DNA of 64,000 nt from Candidatus Goldiibacteriota bacterium (GCA_018000835.1 JAGNJD010000001.1:5275-69274); one strand, 5' to 3'. Shown: positions 28,598-38,591, counted from the first letter of the stretch. Numbers and translations are program-made. Notes: a model not told the origin generated them from the sequence alone.

Positions 28598-29464
28598 TTA
28601 TTTAATTATTATTAATTTCTGAATTTTACTTTTTTCAGTTTTATTATTGCAATGCTTGATTACCTGATAAAAGTAAACGCCAGGTGCAAATTTTTTCGGA
28701 TAAAAATTTATTTTTCCAGCTCCGGATATATCCTTTTTTTCAATTTTTTCGGCAACTCTGCCATCCATGGTATATATTATTATTTCAACGTTGCCATTAT
28801 CTTTTAAATCATACAAAAGAAAAATTTCTTCCCCTGATTTTAATGGATTGGGATAAAATTTTTCTTTTACGAAATTAAAAACCTCTGCTGCCATTGTCGG
28901 GGTATAAAAAGGTGTCCATGTATTTGTAATCGTGGAAGTATTGGCGGCCGTTGACGTATTGGTAAACGTGGCAGTTGCCGTTAAGGTCGGAGTAAAAGTT
29001 ATGGTCGGCGTGGTCGTATTCGTTTGCGTGCACGTCCGGGTATCCGTTACCGACACAGTAACGGATGGAGTTGCCGTCTCTGTGTATGTAAACGTATTTT
29101 CAGGTGTCCACGTCTGCGTCTGCGTATCGGTTATTGTCATCGTATCCGAAATCGTTAACGTTGCAGTTAAAGTTTGCGTAAAAGTCATGGTTGCAATGGT
29201 CGTGTCTGTTTGCGTGCATGTCGGACTTTCCGTCATCGTGACAGTAACAACCGTGTTCGTAAAAGTAACGGATGGAGTTGCCGTCTCTGTGTATGTAAAC
29301 GTATTTTCAGGCGTCCACGTATCAGTTGCGGTGTGCGTAAAAGTCATCGTGACTGTTTCCGTAAAAGTCGGCGTAATTGTCTGCGTTTCCGTTGGGGTAT
29401 CTTCTGCCAAAACGACGTTTACCACAAACATAAAACAAAAAATAATTAAAAAATTTTTTTTCAT
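28598..29464 (-). CDS. Secreted Thr-rich repeat protein with a T9SS-type C-terminal sorting domain
   Basis: Signal peptide. Approximately 200 aa of TxT low-complexity sequence with a ~69-aa internal duplication (WTPENTFTYTETATPSVT). The C-terminal ~80 aa (FYPNPLKSGEEIFLLYDL...IIIYTMDGRVAEKI...GVYFYQV...KLIIIK) matches the Por-secretion C-terminal domain pattern. Confidence 0.55.
   Translation of the reverse strand: MKKNFLIIFCFMFVVNVVLAEDTPTETQTITPTFTETVTMTFTHTATDTWTPENTFTYTETATPSVTFTNTVVTVTMTESPTCTQTDTTIATMTFTQTLTATLTISDTMTITDTQTQTWTPENTFTYTETATPSVTVSVTDTRTCTQTNTTTPTITFTPTLTATATFTNTSTAANTSTITNTWTPFYTPTMAAEVFNFVKEKFYPNPLKSGEEIFLLYDLKDNGNVEIIIYTMDGRVAEKIEKKDISGAGKINFYPKKFAPGVYFYQVIKHCNNKTEKSKIQKLIIIK
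28990..29400. repeat. Tandem ~207-bp DNA repeat inside the Thr-rich gene
   Basis: TAACGGATGGAGTTGCCGTCTCTGTGTATGTAAACGTATTTTCAGG recurs at ~29059 and ~29266. Confidence 0.75.
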
Positions 29465-29477
29465 TTAAACTCCATGA

Positions 29478-30719
29478 CTATTTCAACAATCTTATCCAGT
29501 ATTTTAAAAGTTCATTGTCTTTATCAAAATAATTTGCCCGTTCAAAATACTGACGCGCTCTTTGTGTATCTTTTATGTTATAGTAACAAATTCCGAGTTT
29601 CTGAAAAAATGCGGATTTTTCCTTATCGCTCATGCTTTCAACGTCGCGCCAGTATAATAAATTTATGTATTCAAAATATTTGACTGCATCTTTGTATTGT
29701 TTTGATTCATAATAATAATTACCCGACTCCATATAACCTGCAAACGACTCGTTCCCTTTTGTTTTCGTATCTGATTTTTCTGCGGAAACAATTTTGCCAA
29801 AATCTGCACTTATTGAAATTTTATGAACATTCCGGGAAAAAGGCAATGTCTCAAAAGAATAATCACAATGAATGCCGTCTATTTTAAACCCGGCGCCTCC
29901 TGTAAAATTTACTTCATCAAAATTATTATTTATGCCCCCTCGTAAAACGACAACGTCAAATACTGAAAAATCAGCGCCTGCATAAAAAGACAGATAATTT
30001 TCCTTGATTAAATAATTAATTGCGGTGGAAAAAACCAGAAAATTACCCGGGACTGAATAATTAAACGCTGCTTTTAAATCAATGGGAGTATAATAATAAT
30101 CCATCTGCGTTGAAACGTTAAGTAAACTTACGCCAAAATCCAGATTATCCGTAAAAATATTTTCGTAGATGATACCCGCATCTATGCAAAATAAAAAACT
30201 GTTTTCATCTGCAAGATTTTCAAAAACAAATTTTGGTGCAACTCCAAAACCAAAATTATTCATTTTTCTGGAAATTATCAGCGAAGTAAACAAAACGGAG
30301 CTTTTTAACGTATTGCCGGATAAAACCGGATTGCCATATACGTCAGACTTTATTTCCTGGATGTCTCCAAAATCAATGTAATTTAATTCCAGTCCCAATA
30401 CCCCGAATTCAAAAATTTTTGCAATGCTCAGTTTTTGTCCGGAAACGTCGTCCATGTATCTGTTATACATCGTTGCAAATTCCCCATTTTTTATGCCTGC
30501 TATTGCAGCAGGATTTAAACTTACGGAATTAATGCCGGTAAAAGAAGCGCCAACCGCTTCGCCTTTTGCGCCGTATTCCGGATATGAATTAATCAATAAA
30601 TATGCGGCGGTCGTTATGTTTTCTGATTTGACCGGGCTTAACAATAAAAAACACGTTAAAATTATAAATATTGTTTTTTTCATGATTAAAATAATAACAT
30701 CAAAGATATTACGTGTCAA
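29478..30719 (-). CDS. Outer-membrane barrel-like protein (PorV/FadL-like N-domain) with C-terminal TPR repeats
   Basis: Signal peptide (probably starting at MKKTIFIIL). The N-terminal ~300 aa have a beta-strand-like alternating pattern. The C-terminal YYESKQYKDAVKYFE...GICYYNIKDTQRARQYFERANYFD is TPR-like. Confidence 0.45.
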   Translation of the reverse strand: MTRNIFDVIILIMKKTIFIILTCFLLLSPVKSENITTAAYLLINSYPEYGAKGEAVGASFTGINSVSLNPAAIAGIKNGEFATMYNRYMDDVSGQKLSIAKIFEFGVLGLELNYIDFGDIQEIKSDVYGNPVLSGNTLKSSVLFTSLIISRKMNNFGFGVAPKFVFENLADENSFLFCIDAGIIYENIFTDNLDFGVSLLNVSTQMDYYYTPIDLKAAFNYSVPGNFLVFSTAINYLIKENYLSFYAGADFSVFDVVVLRGGINNNFDEVNFTGGAGFKIDGIHCDYSFETLPFSRNVHKISISADFGKIVSAEKSDTKTKGNESFAGYMESGNYYYESKQYKDAVKYFEYINLLYWRDVESMSDKEKSAFFQKLGICYYNIKDTQRARQYFERANYFDKDNELLKYWIRLLK

Positions 30720-30899
30720 TCACAACAAAAACGAGAATAGCAGGAACAAATCATGAATTACACCTGCTCATTAATTATATACCTGCATTTAACGCTTCTG
30801 CTTATTATAACTGATGCATCATGGTATTTTTCTTAAATTATTTGACTTTTACCGAATATTACATTATTATAATGAAAATCAAAAAGTTTAAGGAGAAGA

Positions 30900-31607
30900 A
30901 TGAAAAAAGTTTCAATTATCATACCCGCATATAATGAAGAGAAACGATTACCGGCTACTTTATTAAAAATAAAAAAATTTTTGAAAAAAAACAAAATAAA
31001 AAGCGAAATTATTGTAATAGACGATGGTTCCATTGACAATACCGCCTCAATCGCAAAAAAATATGGGGTAAAAGTCTTAAAAAACGGGAAAAACGTTGGA
31101 AAGGGATATTCGGTAAAACGCGGAATATTTGCCGCAAAAGGTGACGTAATACTTTTTACCGACGCAGATTTATCTACGCCAATTGAATTTCTGAAACATT
31201 TTATGAACGAGCATGCTTCCGGCTTTGACGTAGTCATTGCTTCACGGGCGTTAAATAGGTCAATAATAAAAGTCCGCCAGCCGCTGCCAAGGGAATTATC
31301 CGGTAAGGTGTTTAATTTGCTCGTGCGTCTTATCACCCGGCTTCCTTTAAATGACACACAATGCGGATTTAAAAGTTTTAAAAAAGATGCTGCAAAAAAA
31401 ATTTTTAGTAATCTTACGATAAACGGTTTTGGTTTTGACGTGGAGGCATTATACATTGCCAAAAAACACAATTTTAAAATAATTGAATATCCCGTTTACT
31501 GGTATAACTCAAATGCCACAAAAGTAAATTTTTTCAAAGATTCAATGAGGATGTTTTTTGAACTGTTTAAAATAAGATTAAACGACCTTAAAGGCTTATA
31601 TAAATGA
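30900..31607 (+). CDS. GT2-family glycosyltransferase (dolichyl-/polyprenyl-phosphate sugar synthase-like)
   Basis: SIIIPAYNEE...DDGSIDNT...FTDADL GT-A motifs. Confidence 0.8.
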   Translation: MKKVSIIIPAYNEEKRLPATLLKIKKFLKKNKIKSEIIVIDDGSIDNTASIAKKYGVKVLKNGKNVGKGYSVKRGIFAAKGDVILFTDADLSTPIEFLKHFMNEHASGFDVVIASRALNRSIIKVRQPLPRELSGKVFNLLVRLITRLPLNDTQCGFKSFKKDAAKKIFSNLTINGFGFDVEALYIAKKHNFKIIEYPVYWYNSNATKVNFFKDSMRMFFELFKIRLNDLKGLYK

Positions 31608-32392
31608 CGTTTGTTCTTTTCATTGTTTTTTTTCTTATTTCGATTTTGTTTTCAATGCTTGGTCTCGGTGGCGGAATTTTATTTGTCCCGATTTTACTGC
31701 AATGCGGATTATCCTATTATCAGTCCGCTGCAACTTCACTGTCAGTAATGCTCGTTCTGTCTTTAACCGCAACCTTTATTTATCATTCAAATAACTTCGT
31801 TGACTGGAAAATCGTTTTTTTACTCGTGCCATTTTCCCTGATAGGGGCTTTTTTTGCAGGAGCAAACTCAAATCTTATTCCGGAAAAAGTTCTGATGATA
31901 CTTTTTCCCTGCTTAATGCTCACATCGGCCTTTTTTACGTTAAAACCGCCCCGGCACAGCAACAAAGAACAAAATAAAGGACCAGGCTTTATAAAAAGCA
32001 CCGTGATGAACCAGAAATATTACATAAATCTATGGCTTGGCATCCCGCTTATATTTCTTGCCGGTATATTTTCATCGTTGCTGGGAGTTGGCGGAGGATT
32101 TATAAACGTTCCTTTGATGACCATAATATTCGGCGTTCCTACAAAAGTTGCAGTTGCAACTTCATCTGCAATGATAATAATAACTTCTTTATCCGGATTC
32201 ATGGGGCATTCTTATGCTGGGCACATAAACATAAAATTATCACTAATCCTTTCCCTGGCTGCTTTTTCAGGGGCTTTAATCGGCTCAAGGATATCAATTA
32301 AGGCAAATAAAAGATTTCTGGACATTGCTTTTGCAGTAATTCTGATATTGATGTCTGCATGGATGATAATAAAGTTAATATTTAATTTTTAA
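31604..32392 (+). CDS. TSUP/TauE-SafE family membrane transporter
   Basis: 262 aa with eight TM helices and duplicated GxGGG motifs (LGLGGGILFVP, LGVGGGFINVP). Confidence 0.7.
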   Translation: MTFVLFIVFFLISILFSMLGLGGGILFVPILLQCGLSYYQSAATSLSVMLVLSLTATFIYHSNNFVDWKIVFLLVPFSLIGAFFAGANSNLIPEKVLMILFPCLMLTSAFFTLKPPRHSNKEQNKGPGFIKSTVMNQKYYINLWLGIPLIFLAGIFSSLLGVGGGFINVPLMTIIFGVPTKVAVATSSAMIIITSLSGFMGHSYAGHINIKLSLILSLAAFSGALIGSRISIKANKRFLDIAFAVILILMSAWMIIKLIFNF

Positions 32393-32504
32393 TAAATATA
32401 TGTTTTTTTTACCGGTAAAAAAACGAAATCATTTATGTAATCGGAATTTGACATTTAAAATTATTTTGGACAAAGAATGAGACAACGATTAATTCATCCT
32501 GCAT

Positions 32505-33500
32505 TTATATTTTCCCGACCGGTATTATATAAGCAATCATAAAAAATATTATGCCCCAGAGCAGGAATATCCAGTAATTTTCTTCATATCTCGTTTCTTT
32601 TTTTATTTTTGCCCTGTTTGCTTCCATTTCCTTTATGTCGTCCAAAATTTTGTTAAAAACGTTTATGTCCGTTGCCCTGTAATATTTTCCATCCGTAATT
32701 CCTGCTATTTGTTTTAATACAGTTTCGTTAAGACGTGATACGACGTATTCACCCTTATACGTTTTATAATAAGTCCTTCCCCAGACGTCGGTTCCCTCCG
32801 GTATCATTCCTCCTTTTTCCGTTCCGACACCGACCGCATAAATTCTTATATTTTTTTCTTTTGCAATTTTTGCCGCATCAAGAGGGGACATCCCTTCCAG
32901 TGATTCACCGTCGGTTATCAGTATTATTGCCCTTGATTTTTCTGCTTTTTCTTCCATACGTTCAACTGCAGATTTTATTGCATTTCCAAGTGCAGTTCCC
33001 TCTTTTGACAGCATCCCTGCATAAATTGAATCTATGATAAAACTGACTGCCTCATAATCAAGCGTGAGAGGGCACTGGACAAAATCTATACCGCTGAAAA
33101 CGATTATTCCAACCCTGTCTCCGGATAAATTTGCAACAAAATTATTTAATCCCTTTTTAACGACTTCTATCCTGTTTGGTTTCATATCTACTGCATTCAT
33201 TGACGATGAAACGTCCATAACTATCATGATGTCCCTTCCTGAATATTTTTGCTCGCTTTCTATGGGCTTTCCAAGCGGCCTTGCCGCAGCAATGATGAAC
33301 AAAACAAACGACGTCAAAATCAGCGAGTATCTTACAATTATTGCAGTAAAAGAAACTTTATGAAAAACCTTGTCCTGCAAATTTACGTCAAAAAATTTAT
33401 TAAAATTACGGAATGAAGAATATATCCTGTAACATAGATATAAAAATACCGGTATCAAAAGAATTAATAATTTTAATGCATCCTTATTATAAAAATTCAA
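32505..33500 (-). CDS. VWA-domain protein (BatB-like)
   Basis: N-terminal TM, then a VWA domain with MIDAS motif DVSSSM. Confidence 0.7.
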   Translation of the reverse strand: MNFYNKDALKLLILLIPVFLYLCYRIYSSFRNFNKFFDVNLQDKVFHKVSFTAIIVRYSLILTSFVLFIIAAARPLGKPIESEQKYSGRDIMIVMDVSSSMNAVDMKPNRIEVVKKGLNNFVANLSGDRVGIIVFSGIDFVQCPLTLDYEAVSFIIDSIYAGMLSKEGTALGNAIKSAVERMEEKAEKSRAIILITDGESLEGMSPLDAAKIAKEKNIRIYAVGVGTEKGGMIPEGTDVWGRTYYKTYKGEYVVSRLNETVLKQIAGITDGKYYRATDINVFNKILDDIKEMEANRAKIKKETRYEENYWIFLLWGIIFFMIAYIIPVGKI

Positions 33501-33544
33501 AATTTCCTCCTGAATTTTCTGCAGTTACTAAAAATGAATTTTTT

Positions 33545-34555
33545 TTATACAAATACCCTGAAAAATTTAAAAACCTCAAGAAACAAATCAATAAGCAGAA
33601 TGATAAGGCCGATCCACAAAAATGTCTGAAACCTGTCGATATACCTGTTATATGTTTTTATTTTTATGTTCTGTTTTTCCAGTTTCCCTATCATTTCGTA
33701 AATCTCTTTTAATGCTTTTTCATCCGTTGCCCTGAAATATCTGCCGCCCGTCATGTTTGCAATCTGCGTAAGAGTTTTTTCGTCGGGCTCCTCCCATTTT
33801 AACTGTTGTCCCGTATACCTGTCTATAACCGGCCTTTTAACTCCATCCCATCCGAGTTGCATCATGGGTGCACCGCCTTTTTTACCGATGCCGATAGTAT
33901 ATATTTTTATCCCCTTATGAATGGCCGCCTGTGCTGCTTCTATCGGAGAAAAACCGCGGTTATTTACACCGTCCGTAGTAAGGATAATTACACGTGACGG
34001 GCCTGAATTTTCAAGACGGTTTATTGAAGTAATGATGGCATCTCCCATCGCAGTTCCATCTATTCTTATTGTCTGAAAATCTATCTGGTCAATGAAACTT
34101 TTTATGATTTCGTAATCCGTGGTTAAAGGGCACTGAAAAAAACTTGTCCCTGCAAAAACTACGAGTCCTACCCTGTCTCCAGAAAGTCCGGAAACGAATT
34201 TTCTTATTACTTCCTTTGCTGCCTCCAGTCTGTTCGGTTTTAAATCCTCTGCCTGCATGCTGCCCGATATGTCAAGCGCAACTATGATGTCTATGCCTTT
34301 TATGTCTTCCTGCGTTTCTTTTTGTATTTTTTGTGGTCGTAAAAGTGCTATTATCAGAAAAACAAGACCCGCGACTTTTAAAAAATCGAGAACGTAAATT
34401 ACGATGGTGTTGTATCCGGAAGACGTTTTTTGTAAAATAAAAAAGTTGGAAAATCTGAATTTCCTTAATTTTACGTAATTATAAATCAGGGATATAAGAA
34501 AAATCAGTCCAAGAATTAAAATCGGTAAAAGTAAATTCCTGTTTGCAAATCTCAT
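33545..34555 (-). CDS. VWA-domain protein (BatA-like)
   Basis: N-terminal TM, then a VWA domain with MIDAS motif DISGSM. Confidence 0.7.
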   Translation of the reverse strand: MRFANRNLLLPILILGLIFLISLIYNYVKLRKFRFSNFFILQKTSSGYNTIVIYVLDFLKVAGLVFLIIALLRPQKIQKETQEDIKGIDIIVALDISGSMQAEDLKPNRLEAAKEVIRKFVSGLSGDRVGLVVFAGTSFFQCPLTTDYEIIKSFIDQIDFQTIRIDGTAMGDAIITSINRLENSGPSRVIILTTDGVNNRGFSPIEAAQAAIHKGIKIYTIGIGKKGGAPMMQLGWDGVKRPVIDRYTGQQLKWEEPDEKTLTQIANMTGGRYFRATDEKALKEIYEMIGKLEKQNIKIKTYNRYIDRFQTFLWIGLIILLIDLFLEVFKFFRVFV

Positions 34556-35442
34556 TTTGCCAGTCTCCGTTCACGCATTCTGAAAAAAGACATGAGTTTC
34601 TTATAAAAAGGTTGCCCGCAGTAAAGTTTCATAAAATCAACTCCTGCTGATTTAAACTGTTTCTCAAGTTTATTGTCAAATGCTTCACTTGTCTTCCTGA
34701 ATTTTTCCATGACCTTTTTGTTTGATGTATCAATCCACACGACTTTGTCATTTTCAGCGTCGTAAAAAGGTATAAATCCTATGTCTGGAATGTTAAAATC
34801 CGCATCGTCACGCAAAATTACGGCAATAACGTCATGTTTATGTTTTAAAATTTTAACGGCTTCAAAAAAATCCTTTGGATCGTAAAAATCCGAAATGATA
34901 AATATAGTTGAGCGTTTCTTTAAAAGATGGCTTAAATATTTTAAGCCCGCTGCAATGTCCGTTCCAGATTCCCTTTGCCTATGATATAAAATTTCCCTTA
35001 TTATCCGCAATACGTGCTTTTTCCCTTTTTTTGGCGGTATGTATTTTTCTATTGACGATGAAAAACCGAGATATCCAACCCTGTCATTGTTGATGTTTGC
35101 CGTGAAACCAAGCGTTGCAATAAATTCAAACATGAGTTCCTTTTTAAGATTCGTTTTCGTGCCAAAATCCAGGGAACCGCTTAAATCAGTGGCAAAAAAA
35201 ACCTGCAATTCCCTTTCTTCTATAAACGTCTTTACGTAAGGCACGTTCATCCGTGCAGTTACGTTCCAGTCAATGGACCTTATGTCATCGCCTTCCACGT
35301 ATTCCCTGACCTCTGTGAATTCCACGCCTCTCCCTTTAAAAGAGGAAAGATACTCTCCCTGAAGCACGGTATCAACGAGATTACGGGTGGTTATTTCTAT
35401 TTTTTTTATTTTCTTTAATATATCTTTTGATATTACCTGCAT
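34552..35442 (-). CDS. DUF58-family protein
   Basis: FKGRGVEFTEVREYVEGDDIRSIDWNVTAR is the conserved DUF58 core. Its position between moxR and the VWA genes matches the Bat operon pattern. Confidence 0.7.
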   Translation of the reverse strand: MQVISKDILKKIKKIEITTRNLVDTVLQGEYLSSFKGRGVEFTEVREYVEGDDIRSIDWNVTARMNVPYVKTFIEERELQVFFATDLSGSLDFGTKTNLKKELMFEFIATLGFTANINNDRVGYLGFSSSIEKYIPPKKGKKHVLRIIREILYHRQRESGTDIAAGLKYLSHLLKKRSTIFIISDFYDPKDFFEAVKILKHKHDVIAVILRDDADFNIPDIGFIPFYDAENDKVVWIDTSNKKVMEKFRKTSEAFDNKLEKQFKSAGVDFMKLYCGQPFYKKLMSFFRMRERRLAK

Positions 35443-36425
35443 TACGGGACCTTTATCTTGTTTATTATCTGATTTATTACGTCGTCAGTGGATATTTCTT
35501 CTGCTTCTGCTTCGTATGAAAGTATTAATCTGTGTCTTAAAATGTTATGTGCCATGATTTTTACGTCGTCAGGAGAAACGTATCCATGTCCATTGATAAA
35601 GGCATTTGCTTTTGCTGAAGTTATTAAACTTATGGACGCCCTGGGTGAACACCCGTATTCTATAAGATGAGAAATGTCAATCTTGTAATCCTGAGGTTTT
35701 CTTGTTGCATAAACTATGTCGGTAACGTATTCTTTTATTTTTTCGTCAACATAAATATTGTCGACGATGGAGCGCATATCCATTATATCCTTCGGTTTTA
35801 AAATCGTGTCAACTTCTATTTCTTCTCCGGTTGTCATCCTGTTTATTATTTCTATTTCCTGGTTTTTATCAGGATAAGTAATTAAAACTTTCATCAGGAA
35901 TCTGTCTACCTGTGCTTCCGGCAGGGGGTACGTTCCTTCTGTTTCTATCGGGTTTTGAGTGGCAAGAACTATAAACGGTTCTTCAAGATTAAACGTTTTT
36001 TCCCCTATGGTTACCTGTTTTTCCTGCATGGCTTCGAGAAGGGCCGACTGGACTTTTGCAGGAGCCCTGTTTATCTCGTCCGCAAGAACTATATTTGCAA
36101 AAATAGGCCCAGTTGATATTGAAAAATTTCCTGTGTTCGCATTATATATCCGTGTTCCAATCAAATCTGCAGGCAAAAGGTCGGGAGTAAACTGTATGCG
36201 TGAAAATTTTGACTGAATGGTTTTTGAAAGGACTTTTACGCACATCGTTTTTGCAAGCCCCGGAACACCTTCCAGTAATATGTGTCCCCTGCATAAAAGT
36301 CCTATAAGCAAACCCTTTATCATTTCTTCCTGTCCTACTATTACTTTCTGCACTTCTTTTACAGTCTCTGTAAGTTTCTCGGATTTTTCCATTTCTTTTT
36401 CAGATAATTTTACGATTTTGGCCAT
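35442..36425 (-). CDS. MoxR-family AAA+ ATPase
   Basis: GHILLEGVPGLAKT Walker A, DEINRAP Walker B, and typical MoxR length. Confidence 0.85.
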   Translation of the reverse strand: MAKIVKLSEKEMEKSEKLTETVKEVQKVIVGQEEMIKGLLIGLLCRGHILLEGVPGLAKTMCVKVLSKTIQSKFSRIQFTPDLLPADLIGTRIYNANTGNFSISTGPIFANIVLADEINRAPAKVQSALLEAMQEKQVTIGEKTFNLEEPFIVLATQNPIETEGTYPLPEAQVDRFLMKVLITYPDKNQEIEIINRMTTGEEIEVDTILKPKDIMDMRSIVDNIYVDEKIKEYVTDIVYATRKPQDYKIDISHLIEYGCSPRASISLITSAKANAFINGHGYVSPDDVKIMAHNILRHRLILSYEAEAEEISTDDVINQIINKIKVP

Positions 36426-36715
36426 GTAACTACCTCCAATTTGTGTCTCAACAGGCTGGATTCAAACGACGGACATTTTTCTAATTCCGGTCTTGAACGC
36501 CTTTGCCTGCGTTGAGTAAAAAATATGATATTTTTAGATACTTATTATACAAAAATAGTTCCGAAAGTGTAATTAATTATTCGTGCCCTCGCGGGTAAAA
36601 CAAACCGTTTAACTTATATTTTTTCTAAACCAACTATGAGTTTTGCAACCTGTCTGCATAAGTTTTAAAGGAGGCAGAAGCAATCCTGCATTTTAAATGC
36701 TTTCCAATGCATTGT

Positions 36716-36780
36716 CCTGTCCGGTAAAAAAATATAGATTTTATTATTTCATTAAGTTTACCGGGCAGGAGTTCGCTGTA
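36716..36780. repeat. Palindromic element CCTGTCCGGTAAA-(33 nt AT-rich)-TTTACCGGGCAGG (dispersed motif family)
   Basis: 12/13-bp inverted arms. The left arm plus the following AAAAATATAGATTTT matches the copies at 26185 and 60518. Confidence 0.7.
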
Positions 36781-36804
36781 ATTACCGGCACTCGTCATTT
36801 AAAT

Positions 36805-37560
36805 TTACTCTATTATTACCATAGTGCCTTCCATGACGTAATTGCTCAATTCAAGTATGTCTTCGTTTTTCATTCTTATGCAGCCGGCCGACGCCTCATG
36901 TCCGAGTGCATCCTCGTCGTTTGTGCCGTGTATTGCAATGCCGTCTCCCGGGTCTTTAAAATACAGGTTCTGGTCTCTTTTAATAATGCCGTCGTCAAGT
37001 GCATCGTTATACCTTTTGTAATCATCGTCATTGGGATAATCAAGCAGCATAAATACAGGACCATAAGAATTATATCCGAGAGATTCTCCTGTTTTAAATT
37101 TTTTATGACCATCCTCTGAACGCAGATAAGTTTTGTTTAACTGTTCCAGTTTTCCCCTGTTTTTTATATATTTTTCTTTAAGTGCATCATAATATTTTTT
37201 GTAAATTTCATAATTTTCTGAATTTCTGTCCATATTTTCCATTTTTTCTCTTAACTTTTTCAGATACCATGGTTCGTTATACTGGTAAATTTCATCTATA
37301 TAATAAACACCTTCCGGAGTTTTCATGTCGTTACGGAATAATTTTTGTCCCTGTTTTTTTCCGGTTGAAATTATGTATCGTCGCCATACTTTCATGTCGC
37401 TATCTATTAAATATAACATTTTCTGAGATTTATTAATATAAATAAAATACGTTTTTTTATAATTTTTTAAAAGGACGCTTAATTTCTTATTGCTAAAGGA
37501 ATTTACGTTTTGAACAAAAAAAATACAGATTATTAAAAAAACAAATATCGTCTTTTTCAT
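36805..37560 (-). CDS. L,D-transpeptidase (YkuD domain), secreted
   Basis: Signal peptide. The C-terminal GIAIHGTNDEDALGHEASAGCIRM is the L,D-transpeptidase catalytic motif. Confidence 0.7.
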   Translation of the reverse strand: MKKTIFVFLIICIFFVQNVNSFSNKKLSVLLKNYKKTYFIYINKSQKMLYLIDSDMKVWRRYIISTGKKQGQKLFRNDMKTPEGVYYIDEIYQYNEPWYLKKLREKMENMDRNSENYEIYKKYYDALKEKYIKNRGKLEQLNKTYLRSEDGHKKFKTGESLGYNSYGPVFMLLDYPNDDDYKRYNDALDDGIIKRDQNLYFKDPGDGIAIHGTNDEDALGHEASAGCIRMKNEDILELSNYVMEGTMVIIE

Positions 37561-38591
37561 TAATCAAGCGTATTTATCGTTAAATCCGGCGTTTCAATTA
37601 TCCTAAATTCAACGTTTGCTTCTTTGAACAAATCCTCGTATGATTTATCCGGATAATATTTTGAAACTATTACTTTTTTTATTTTTGCATTTACTATCAT
37701 TTTTGCACACAATATGCACGGGGAATGCGTGCAATATAAAGCCGCTTTCTCCGTCGTTGCACCGTGCAATGCTGCCTGTATTATTGCATTTTGCTCCGCA
37801 TGTATGGCACGGCATACTTCATGTCTCGTTCCGGACGTAATGCCCATCTGGTCGCGTAGACATCCGAGTTCCAGACAATCCGTAACTCCTGATGCGGCAC
37901 CATTATAACCCGTTGATATTACGTAATTGTCTTTTACGATTACCGCGCCTATATGATGTCTTATGCACGTTGAACGTTCGGCTACAAGATAAGCCATTTT
38001 CATAAAATATTCATCCCACGCAGGCCTTTTATATGGTTTATAACCAAAATTTTTTAATACGTCTTCAAGTTTTTTATGGAGTTCCTCAACGGTTCCTGAA
38101 TTGTCAATTTTTACGTCTGCCATTTCAAAGCACTTTAATAATTGCTGGCCTGTTTGTGCTTTTGAATTTTCTTTTTGCTCATTTGCAATAAATTCCTCGT
38201 AGGACATCCGATTTTCGTTTTCGCGTCCCCTTTTTCCTGCTCTTTCATATCTTACTTTTGTATCTGCATTGATGCCTATCAGTTTAAAATCTTTTAAATT
38301 TTTTCTGAGTTCTTCTATTTCGGACGGATTCCTGATTGAATCAACGATCGCCTGTGGCATATTTTTTATTTTTTCAACGGCAAGTTTTGCAAGAACTCCC
38401 GGGCCATGCTTTTCCCGCAGTTCATTACCAACGGAAATTAAATTATCCCTGTTTATTTCAACGCCCCTTGATTTTAATTCAGAACGTAAGATATCAGATA
38501 AGGAATAAGAAACAAATTTATGTTTTTCAACCAGATATTTTATTGCCTCTCCTTTTCCCGATGCATTTGGTCCGGTAAATCCCAGAAACAT
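37560..38591 (-). CDS. Two-domain P-loop nucleotide-kinase-like / dCMP (cytidine) deaminase fusion protein (AvcD/DCD-like architecture)
   Basis: 343 aa. N-terminal Walker-A GFTGPNASGKGEA plus a ~170-aa kinase-like region. The C-terminal zinc deaminase has HAEQNAI and CTHSPCILCAKMI (HAE...PCxxC) motifs. Confidence 0.65.
   Translation of the reverse strand: MFLGFTGPNASGKGEAIKYLVEKHKFVSYSLSDILRSELKSRGVEINRDNLISVGNELREKHGPGVLAKLAVEKIKNMPQAIVDSIRNPSEIEELRKNLKDFKLIGINADTKVRYERAGKRGRENENRMSYEEFIANEQKENSKAQTGQQLLKCFEMADVKIDNSGTVEELHKKLEDVLKNFGYKPYKRPAWDEYFMKMAYLVAERSTCIRHHIGAVIVKDNYVISTGYNGAASGVTDCLELGCLRDQMGITSGTRHEVCRAIHAEQNAIIQAALHGATTEKAALYCTHSPCILCAKMIVNAKIKKVIVSKYYPDKSYEDLFKEANVEFRIIETPDLTINTLD

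Noticed and set aside
28932-29468. 178-aa Val-rich plus-strand ORF
   Set aside because: It is the antisense frame of the Thr-rich gene (ACN codons read as NGT = Val). The minus-strand gene has a signal peptide and a recognisable C-terminal sorting domain.
30833-31471. 212-aa minus-strand ORF
   Set aside because: It is antisense to the clearly recognisable GT2 glycosyltransferase.
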